Program-made: the position numbers and the translations under genes | Shown: in pieces, positions 57,011-64,000 of the stretch | Layout of the letters: each line of letters starts with the position of its first letter | Position numbering within the stretch: the first letter of the stretch is position 1 | The notes under the pieces: generated by a model | Told to the model about the DNA's origin: nothing | The model's database searches: none | What the model saw: the letters and a program-made list of their open reading frames with translations, nothing else | Assembly (NCBI GenBank): GCA_963767925.1 | Contig: CAVYGB010000013.1 | Location: forward strand, 160,001-224,000 | Length of the DNA: 64,000 nt | Origin: an uncultured delta proteobacterium | Lineage (GTDB): Bacteria; Myxococcota_A; Polyangia; Fen-1088 | Direction: 5' to 3'

Positions 57011-57919
57011 ATGAGCGCAGGACCGGCCACCGGCGTCGCCCTGCGCGAGGCTACCGAGGCGGATGCCCGCATGACCGCCGAGCGCGACGAGGTCAAGTAC
57101 CTCGTCGCGCGCGAGCACGCCCAGGAGCTGGCCCTGGCCCTCAGCCGCCAGCTCCCCTCGCACCGGTTCACCGGCGAGGGGGCCAACCCGCTGCCCCGCC
57201 CCCGCCACTTCGTCACCACCATCTACTTCGACACGGCCTCCCGGCACCAGTACCGGGCGGCCCGGGCCAACGGCCAGCAGAACCTCAAGATGCGAGCCAA
57301 GGAGTATTACGATCTGCACCCCTCGCTGGCCGAGCTGGCCACCGACCCGCGCCAGATCGTCCGCTACAAACCGGTCCTCTGGCTCGAGCTGAAGTTCAAG
57401 GACGGCACCCGAAGCGGCAAGCGCCGCATCGGCATCCCCAAGCCCCAGGTGCCCCACTTCTTCACCGACGGGCTGATCACCTCCGAGATGATCGACCTGC
57501 AGCGGGCCTCCTACGGCCAGGAGAGCGAGGCGATCCTGCGCGAGATCGCCGCGTACTGCGGCTGCTACGACGAGCCGATGCAGGCCGACGCCCTGGTGAA
57601 CTACCGGCGCATGCCCTGGCAGGACGCGGAGGGCAACCTGCGGGTCACCCTCGACGTGGGCCTCGAGTTCTACCCGCCGCCCGCCGATCTGTGGGACCGC
57701 CGCCACCCGCTGGTGCGCGAGAGCCTGGCCCCGGTCGCCGGCCGCCAGGAGGCCGCCGTGCTGGAGCTGAAGTCCCGGGGCGAGCCGCCCACCTGGCTGA
57801 CCGACCTGCTCACCCGCTTCCAGGCCCGCTGCATCCGCTTCAGCAAGTTCGAGTCCGCCTCGCAGGCGGTCCACGGCCCCGACCCCCAGCTCGACCGCGC
57901 CGTCACCGGCGAGGCCTGA
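57011..57919 (+). CDS. VTC domain (polyphosphate polymerase-like, CYTH/TTM fold) protein
   Basis: EVKY, TIYFDT, KMRAKEY, LELK, KRR, YRR, RVTLD, VLELK, FSKF. Confidence 0.85.
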   Translation: MSAGPATGVALREATEADARMTAERDEVKYLVAREHAQELALALSRQLPSHRFTGEGANPLPRPRHFVTTIYFDTASRHQYRAARANGQQNLKMRAKEYYDLHPSLAELATDPRQIVRYKPVLWLELKFKDGTRSGKRRIGIPKPQVPHFFTDGLITSEMIDLQRASYGQESEAILREIAAYCGCYDEPMQADALVNYRRMPWQDAEGNLRVTLDVGLEFYPPPADLWDRRHPLVRESLAPVAGRQEAAVLELKSRGEPPTWLTDLLTRFQARCIRFSKFESASQAVHGPDPQLDRAVTGEA

Positions 57920-57923
57920 TCGG

Positions 57924-58937
57924 TCAGGTCGCCTCGGCCGTGGCGAGCGCCTCGGCCTCGAGGTCGACGCCCGCCTCGCGCACCCGGTCGGCCAGTGGGC
58001 CGAGCGAGGCGGCGATCTGGGCGATCGAGCTGGCCCGGCGGGAGCTGAGGGCGACGGCCGTACTCTCCAGGATCGCCACCTGCAACGACAGGCGCGCCCG
58101 CAGGCGGTCGTGGGCGGCGCGCAGGGCCCGCAGCCGGTCCTGCAGCTCGGCGGTGGCGCGGCCGGCGCGGGCGAAGTCGTCGCGCGCGGCCGGGTCGGCT
58201 GTGGCCTCGGCCGCCCGGGCCAGCGCGCTCCCCCGCGCCTCCAGCTCGACCAGGTCCACGCTGTGAAGCTCCGCCCGCAGCTCGCGACACCGCTGTGCCA
58301 GGTCCACGACCTGCAGGGTGAGGTCGCCGGCGGCCGCCCGCAGCTCGACCGCGGCGGCGCTGCCGTCGCCGGTCAGGCCGGCCCGGGTCCGCGCGTGCGC
58401 GGCGGCCGCTCGCCGCACCAGGGCCCCCTCCTCGGCGGCGTCGGCGGGAAACCGTCCGGCCGCGGCCAGCCGCTCGCCGAGCGGGTCGCGGGCGGTCGGC
58501 CCGAGGTGACCGGGCAGCAGGCCCAGCGCTCCCACCAGCCCGGCCAGGGCGCCTGCGGCGGTGTTTTCACCGAGGGCTCGCCAGGTCAGCGCCGCCAGGG
58601 CCAGGCCAGGCAGGACCCCCAGCGTGGCCAGCAGGGCCCGCCCGCCCCGGTTGCGCCGCCCGGCCAGCACCGAGGCCAGGGCAGCGCCCCCCGCCAGCGC
58701 CAGCAGCAGCTCGCCCGGCCGGGGCAGGGGGACCACCTCGGCCAGCGCGCCCACCGCCGCGCCCAGCCCGATCAGGACCAGGGCCCCCCGCTGGAAGGCG
58801 CCGTGGTCAAGGATCTGCCAGCCACCCTGCCAGGCTTCGCCGGTCACAGCTTCGCCGGTCACAGCTTCGCCGGTCACAGCTTCGCCGGTCACAGCTTCGC
58901 CGGTCACAGCTTCGCCGGTCACAGCTTCGCCGGTCAC
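57924..58937 (-). CDS. Membrane protein with helical C-terminal domain and N-terminal (VTGEA)7
   Basis: About 4 TM segments then an Ala-rich coiled coil; GTG overlaps the vWA gene stop. Confidence 0.7.
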   Translation of the reverse strand: MTGEAVTGEAVTGEAVTGEAVTGEAVTGEAVTGEAWQGGWQILDHGAFQRGALVLIGLGAAVGALAEVVPLPRPGELLLALAGGAALASVLAGRRNRGGRALLATLGVLPGLALAALTWRALGENTAAGALAGLVGALGLLPGHLGPTARDPLGERLAAAGRFPADAAEEGALVRRAAAAHARTRAGLTGDGSAAAVELRAAAGDLTLQVVDLAQRCRELRAELHSVDLVELEARGSALARAAEATADPAARDDFARAGRATAELQDRLRALRAAHDRLRARLSLQVAILESTAVALSSRRASSIAQIAASLGPLADRVREAGVDLEAEALATAEAT

Positions 58938-58938
58938 A
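58834..58938. repeat. 15-bp tandem repeat GCTTCGCCGGTCACA x7
   Basis: Perfect copies, read directly. Confidence 0.95.
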
Positions 58939-60205
58939 GCTTCAGCCCCGCGGCAGGCTTGTCGGCCACCGACTGGCGGAGCGACTTCTTGGCCACCACG
59001 TCGAACCCGTCGCTGGCTCCCGCCCGGGTGGCGGCGGCCGCGTCGGCGTCGAGGTGGGCCTTGCGCTTGCGAGACAGCTCCGCGATCCGGCGGGCGATGT
59101 CGGAGCGCTCCTTCTGCTTGGCGGCCAGGGTGGCCTTCTGCTCGGCGGGCGCCTGGTTGCGCAGCTCGACCGGCAGCTCGTCGCGCGACAGGTCGTCCAG
59201 CTTGACCGTCCCCTCGCGGGCCGCCTCCAGCAGGTCGCCCTTGCCCCCCACCGCCTTGCCCCTGGCGATGAGAAACTGTGCCCGCTCGGCCTTCACCGAG
59301 GCGGGCGCCAGCGAGGCCACCGTGCGCGCCGCCGAGACGGCGCCCCGGTGCACGCCGTACCCCAGGGCGGTGGCGCCCAGCTCGTCGTGCAGGCGGGCCA
59401 GCTCCTCGTCGTAGGGCGTCCGCTCGTCGCGCATGCCGCCGTCCTGCTCGATCGACAGGAACTGCCCCCGGCCCAGCCGGGCGATCTGGCGCCAGACCGT
59501 CTCGGTCTGCAGGTCGCCGCCGCAGCGGACGGCGTGGACCTGGATCCCCTTGCCCGCCGCGGCCCGGGCCGCCCGCTGGTAGTCGAAGCCGTCCTGGTAG
59601 TCGGTGTGGGGCGGAGCATCCCCGACCAGGTAGACGATCTTAACCACGTCGCTGTCGGGGGCCCAGCTCATCTCGTGCACCGCCTCGTGCAGCGCGCGCC
59701 CCACGTGTTCGGGGGTGTCGCCGCCGCCGTCGGCCCGGAAGCGCTGCAGGCGCTGGTAGACCCGGTCGAGGTCGTCGTCCAGGTCGTGCCGGCGGGTGAC
59801 GTAGGCGTCGCCGCGATCGCGGTAGGCCACCAGCCCGACCCGCAGCTCCGGGGTGGGCTGTCCCTGGGCCACGAAGCTCGCCAGGCTCCAGATCTTCCGC
59901 TTGGCCCCCTCGAGGAGCCCGCTCATCGAGCCGGTCGTGTCGAGGGCGAAGACCAGCTCGACCCGGGGGCGCCTGACGACCGCGGGCGGGACCGGCGCGA
60001 GCTGGGGCGGGTCGACCCGCACGATGGGTCCGCTCGGCGCCGGCGGCGGCTGCGCCGGCGTGTGCCGGGCGCCGGCGGCCAGCGCCAGGCCGGTTGTGAT
60101 CAGCGCGGCGGCGACCAGCGCGTGGCTGAGGGCGCGGCGTCGGGGCGGGGCAGGGGGCGGGGCGTCGATCGAGGTGGGGGCGGGTGGGTTGCTCGGGTCC
60201 GGCAT
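58934..60205 (-). CDS. von Willebrand factor A domain protein
   Basis: FALDTTGSM MIDAS motif, VAYRDRGD, ADGGGDTPE, LVGDAPPH; N-terminal signal/TM segment. Confidence 0.9.
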   Translation of the reverse strand: MPDPSNPPAPTSIDAPPPAPPRRRALSHALVAAALITTGLALAAGARHTPAQPPPAPSGPIVRVDPPQLAPVPPAVVRRPRVELVFALDTTGSMSGLLEGAKRKIWSLASFVAQGQPTPELRVGLVAYRDRGDAYVTRRHDLDDDLDRVYQRLQRFRADGGGDTPEHVGRALHEAVHEMSWAPDSDVVKIVYLVGDAPPHTDYQDGFDYQRAARAAAGKGIQVHAVRCGGDLQTETVWRQIARLGRGQFLSIEQDGGMRDERTPYDEELARLHDELGATALGYGVHRGAVSAARTVASLAPASVKAERAQFLIARGKAVGGKGDLLEAAREGTVKLDDLSRDELPVELRNQAPAEQKATLAAKQKERSDIARRIAELSRKRKAHLDADAAAATRAGASDGFDVVAKKSLRQSVADKPAAGLKL

Positions 60206-60266
60206 GGCGAGGCTCCTTTCGCGTTCCGGGCCTCGAACGCACGCCCCCCCCGGAAAGATCTGCGCC

Positions 60267-61619
60267 TCAGGAAGGGCGCGCCGGCGCGGGCGTTGGCGCT
60301 GCGGGCCGCCCGTCCGGGCGGGGCGGCAACACCGGGGTGGTGGTCTGCAGCATCCCGTCCAGGCGGACCTCTCCGGTGATCAGGCGCGCGCCCCGCCGGA
60401 AGAACAGGTACGAGTAGGCCCAGTCGATCATCACCAGCAGGCGGTTGCGGAACCCGATGAGAAAGTAGAGGTGGATGAACAGCCAGCCGAGCCAGGCGAG
60501 AAGGCCGGTCACGGGCAGCCGGTCGAGCAGCCTGCCCACCGCCGCGCCCCGGCCGATGACGGCGAAGCTCCCCTTGTCGAAGTAGCGGAACGGCGCCCGC
60601 GGGCGGCGGGCCAGCGCCCGCTTGATGGTGCGGGCCACGTGCCGGCCGCTCTGGATGGCCGCCGGCGACACGCCGGGGACCGGCTTGCCGTCCTGGGTGA
60701 TGGCCGCCAGATCGCCCACCACGAACACCTCGTCGTGTCCCGGGATGCTGAGGTCGGGCTGCACCACCACCCGGCCGGCGCGGTCGAGCGGGACCCCCAG
60801 CGAGCGGCCCAGCGGCGAGGCCGCCACCCCGGCCGCCCACAACACCGTGCGGGCGGCCAGCCGCTCGCCCCCCATCTCCACCCCCGCGAGATCGATGTCG
60901 GTGACCCGCTGGCCCAGCCGCAGCTCGATCCCCAGCTTCACCAGGCGGCGCTCGGCCGCGCGCGAGAGCTTCTCGGGGTAGGAGGGCAACACCCGCGGCT
61001 CGCCCTCCACCAGCACGATGCGGGTCTGGGCCGGGTCGATGCTGCGGAACTCGCCCCGCAGGCTCTGCCGCGCGATCTCGGATAGCGCCCCCGCCAGCTC
61101 GACGCCGGTGGGGCCCGCGCCGATGATGACGAAGGTCATGAAGGCCCGCCGCTCGTCCGGGTCGGTGCTGCGCTCGGCGGCCTCGAAGGCGAGAAAGACC
61201 CGGCGCCGGATCTCGAGCGCGTCCTCGATGCTCTTGAGCCCGGGCGCCGCCGGGGCCCAGGTGTCCTTGCCGAAGTAGGAGTGGGTGACTCCGGTGGCGA
61301 GCACGAGGAAGTCGTAGGGCAGGTCGGCGCCGTCGTCCAGGTGCACCCGGCGGGCGGCGGCGTCGACCCGGGTCGCCTCGCCCAGCAGGACGCGCACGTT
61401 CTTCTGCCGGCGCAGGACGCTGCGGATCGGTACGGCGATGTCGCTGGGGTTCAGGGTCGCGGTGGCGACCTGGTAGAGCAGCGGCTGGAACAGGTGGTGG
61501 TTGCGCCGATCCACCAGCGTGATCTCCACCGGCTCGCGCGCGAGCGCGCGGGCGGCATACAGCCCGCCGAAGCCGCCGCCGACGATCACCACCCGAGGCC
61601 GCTCGATCCCCTGGTCCAT
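60267..61619 (-). CDS. ndh: Type II NADH:quinone oxidoreductase
   Basis: GGGFGG, HHLFQPLLYQVAT, GAGPTGVELAG, WAAGV, F.Y.DKGS.A.IGR. Confidence 0.92.
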   Translation of the reverse strand: MDQGIERPRVVIVGGGFGGLYAARALAREPVEITLVDRRNHHLFQPLLYQVATATLNPSDIAVPIRSVLRRQKNVRVLLGEATRVDAAARRVHLDDGADLPYDFLVLATGVTHSYFGKDTWAPAAPGLKSIEDALEIRRRVFLAFEAAERSTDPDERRAFMTFVIIGAGPTGVELAGALSEIARQSLRGEFRSIDPAQTRIVLVEGEPRVLPSYPEKLSRAAERRLVKLGIELRLGQRVTDIDLAGVEMGGERLAARTVLWAAGVAASPLGRSLGVPLDRAGRVVVQPDLSIPGHDEVFVVGDLAAITQDGKPVPGVSPAAIQSGRHVARTIKRALARRPRAPFRYFDKGSFAVIGRGAAVGRLLDRLPVTGLLAWLGWLFIHLYFLIGFRNRLLVMIDWAYSYLFFRRGARLITGEVRLDGMLQTTTPVLPPRPDGRPAAPTPAPARPS

Positions 61620-61674
61620 GGTTGCAAACTTAGCGGGCCGAGGCAGGCGCTTCCACTCCGGGGCGGTCGCTGAT

Positions 61675-62850
61675 TCAGGCTGAAGCCGGAAGGTGCCCCC
61701 TCGATTTTCCGCCTGCTGGACCTGCGGGAGCCGGCGGGGTGACGCCCAGCTCGAGCACGAGCTGGGCGCCGCCGCCGGGCCGGTTGCTGGCCCGGACCGA
61801 GCCGCCGTGAGCCCGGGCGATGCGGGCCACCAGGGCCAGGCCCAGGCCCAGCGAGGGGGCCGCCAGGCCGGCGCCGGGAGCGTCGTCCGGGCCGGCCCCG
61901 CTCTTCACGAAGGGGCGGAACAGGTCATCGAGGCGTTCGGGGGAGAAGCCCGGCCCCCGATCGAGCACCTCGAACACGACGAAGCCCGGGCGGGTGCTCA
62001 CCTCCAGCCGCTCCAGCCCGCCCCCGTGGTTGCCCGCGTTGTGGAGCAGGTTGGCCAGGGCCCGGCCGACCAGGGTGGGGTCAGCGGAGAAGGGCGCCGC
62101 CGGCAGCGCGCTCGCGAGACGATCGGCGGGCAGCCCGACGGGCTCGAGGGCCCGCCGGGCGGCGTCGACCGCGTCGAGCGGCCGGGGGGAGAGGGCCTGG
62201 AAGTCGAGCCGGGCCGAGGCCAGCAGCTCGCCCACGAGCTGATCCATCTCGAGCAGCTCGCGCTCGAGGTCGTTCCAGGTGCGGGCGCTGGGGCCCTGGT
62301 CCCGGGCGATGTCGAGCAGGACGCGCAGGTGCCCGAGGGGCGTGCGCAGCTCGTGCGACACCCCCGCCAGCAGCTCGCGCTGGTCGGCGATCTGGCGCTC
62401 GATGCGGCCGGCCATGTCGTTCATCGCCCGGGCCAGGATGGCGATCTCGTCGATCCCGGCGCAGGCCTGCTGGGCCCGGGCGGCGAGGTTGCCCCGGCCG
62501 ATCGCGCCGGCCACCTCCACCAGCTCGTCGAGCGGCCGGGCGATGCGGCGGGCGATCTTCCCCGAGAGCACCCAGAGCGCCATCACGGGCAGGGCCACCA
62601 CCAGCAGCCGGCTCGGCGGCTGGTCGCCCAGCCGGTGCGACAGCCGGAGCGCCCCGCCCACGACGAGGACGGTGATGAAGATGGCCGCCCCGAACCAGAA
62701 GAACAGCCGCCGGCGCAGATGGGAGGCGGTGTAGTGGCGCAGGTTGTCCCGCCAGCGCCAGCGATGGTGGTGATGGTGGTGGTCGTGGTCGCGGTGGTGG
62801 TGGCGGTGCCAGGGGTCGTGCCGCCAGGGCGGGCCAGACCAGTTCCTCAT
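61675..62850 (-). CDS. HAMP sensor histidine kinase with His-rich N-terminus
   Basis: 2 TM segments, HAMP, SHELRTPL, NLLHNA, DRGPG, GLGL. Confidence 0.92.
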   Translation of the reverse strand: MRNWSGPPWRHDPWHRHHHRDHDHHHHHHRWRWRDNLRHYTASHLRRRLFFWFGAAIFITVLVVGGALRLSHRLGDQPPSRLLVVALPVMALWVLSGKIARRIARPLDELVEVAGAIGRGNLAARAQQACAGIDEIAILARAMNDMAGRIERQIADQRELLAGVSHELRTPLGHLRVLLDIARDQGPSARTWNDLERELLEMDQLVGELLASARLDFQALSPRPLDAVDAARRALEPVGLPADRLASALPAAPFSADPTLVGRALANLLHNAGNHGGGLERLEVSTRPGFVVFEVLDRGPGFSPERLDDLFRPFVKSGAGPDDAPGAGLAAPSLGLGLALVARIARAHGGSVRASNRPGGGAQLVLELGVTPPAPAGPAGGKSRGHLPASA

Positions 62851-63182
62851 CGGTCGTCACTCCGGTCGTCGCCCCGGGCCAGCACGTAGCCTACCCCCCG
62901 CACGGTCTTGATCAGGCGGGGCGCCCGCGGGTCGTCGCCCAGCTTGCGCCGCAGGTGCGAGACGTGGACGTCGACCGTGCGGTCGCTGACCGCGACGTCG
63001 CCCCGGCCCGCCAGCTCGAGCAGGGTCTCGCGCGGCACCACCCGCCCGGCCCGCCGGACCAGGGCCACCAGGATGTCGAACTCCAGGCCGGTGAGGTCGA
63101 GCGGGGTACCGCCGCGCCGGGCGGCCCTGGCGTCGAGGTCGATGGCCAGGTCCCCCACGACGATCTCCTGCGCCGCCCCCAC
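62847..63182 (-). pseudogene. OmpR-type response regulator, winged-helix DNA-binding domain only
   Basis: LDLTGLEFDIL, DRTVDVHVSHLRRKL, IKTVRGVGY; only 90 bp to the upstream gene, leaving no room for a receiver domain. Confidence 0.75.
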
Positions 63183-63190
63183 CGCGGATC

Positions 63191-63205
63191 GTGAAGAAGT
63201 GTGAA
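63191..63205. promoter_or_regulatory. CpxR-box-like direct repeat GTGAA-N5-GTGAA
   Basis: GTGAAgaagtGTGAA resembles the GTAAA-N5-GTAAA box; immediately upstream of the regulator remnant. Confidence 0.45.
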
Positions 63206-63226
63206 GCCGCGTCCGTGCACGGGATC

Positions 63227-63254
63227 CGTCAGCCGTGCACGTGCACGGCTGACG
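63227..63254. repeat. Perfect 28-bp palindrome
   Basis: CGTCAGCCGTGCAC|GTGCACGGCTGACG. Confidence 0.9.
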
Positions 63255-63272
63255 TGCACGAATCTCTCCGCC

Positions 63273-64000
63273 TCACCAGCGGACGGGCACCGGGCTGGCC
63301 GAGAAACGCCCCCGCTCCACGGTCGCCGGTGCGTCGCCGAGCTGCCCGGCGTGGTTCTGCCCCCAGCAGGCGACCAATCCGTCAGCCAGGATGACGCAGG
63401 TGTGCTGGGCGCTCGACCCTCCCCCCAGCGCCACCACCGGTCCGGGCAAGCCGGTCACGACGGCCGGCGCCCGCACCTCCTCCTCGCTGGTCCCGGGCGC
63501 CGGGCCAACCTGGCCCAGGCTGTTGAGCCCGAAGCAGGCCACGGCCCCGTCGGCCCGCAGGGCGCAGGTGTGGCTGGCCCCCGCGCTCAGCTCGGTCACC
63601 GCCGCGGAGAGCGCGGTGGCGCTGCCAAACGGGGGCACGTCGACCGTGTCGCTGGGGGTGCCGCCCAGGCCGAGCTGGCCGTAGTAGCGCTCGCCCCAGC
63701 AGGAGAAGGTCCCGGCGGCGTGGCGGACGCAGGCGTGGTCCGCCCCGACGGTGAGCTGCTGGACGTCCCCCAGCGGGTTGCAGACCGGGCTGGCGTAGAT
63801 GTTGATGGCGTCCGAAGCGGTCACCAGGTGGGTGCCGTTGTGGCCCCAGGCGCACAGGCGATCGCCGCCCCCCGGGCCGTCGTGGCTGACCACGGTCAGG
63901 CCAGCGCCCAGAAAGATCGGGGGGCTGGGGTTGGCCAGCAGCGCCGCGGCGCTGGCGGTGACCTCCGGGGGCCGGGCGAGCGAGCCCTGGTCGTTGCGCC
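63273..64000 (-). CDS. RCC1/BLIP-II repeat protein, 3' part
   Basis: Frame is open to the window end; GxxHxC....G.V.CWGxNxxGQLG repeats. Confidence 0.88.
   Translation of the reverse strand, partial: RNDQGSLARPPEVTASAAALLANPSPPIFLGAGLTVVSHDGPGGGDRLCAWGHNGTHLVTASDAINIYASPVCNPLGDVQQLTVGADHACVRHAAGTFSCWGERYYGQLGLGGTPSDTVDVPPFGSATALSAAVTELSAGASHTCALRADGAVACFGLNSLGQVGPAPGTSEEEVRAPAVVTGLPGPVVALGGGSSAQHTCVILADGLVACWGQNHAGQLGDAPATVERGRFSASPVPVRW

Noticed and set aside
57899..57919. VTC protein ends in AVTGEA, the same peptide as the (VTGEA)7 repeat of the convergent gene
   Set aside because: A short match of common residues with different codons; probably coincidence.
63183..63275. Stop read-through fusion of the RCC1 protein to the winged-helix domain (same frame, one TGA between)
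   Set aside because: A 30-codon open stretch is expected by chance at this GC content, and the spacer looks non-coding.

Overview
Very GC-rich bacterial DNA. A Myxococcota origin is inferred from a MYXO-CTERM-like tail, Cys-rich lipoproteins, CdnL and an Oar-like receptor. The main result is a lasso-peptide-type RiPP locus at 1.4-11.6 kb. It has an asparagine-synthetase-like cyclase, a 70-aa precursor with canonical Y-17/P-14/G-8 leader spacing but Leu instead of the usual Thr at -2, and a 30-aa core (G1, D8, two tail Cys). It also has a B2 peptidase, an RRE-fused HprK-like kinase, a stand-alone RRE, an intervening giant FG-GAP surface protein and an NTP_transf_5-type nucleotidyltransferase. 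Elsewhere are housekeeping genes (etfBA, cdnL, serB, nadB, pgsA, pabB, ndh) and a compositionally distinct HPF + aeRF1-like (baeRF3/Balon-like) cassette. There is also a TonB receptor-porin-lipoprotein-VTC run, a two-component locus whose regulator lacks its receiver domain, and several short tandem and palindromic repeats. Two stretches (about 11.7-14.0 kb and 21.7-28.7 kb) carry many frameshifts, most likely sequencing or consensus indels. No rRNA, tRNA, CRISPR array or transposase was recognised. All family calls come from motif recognition by eye; no searches were run.
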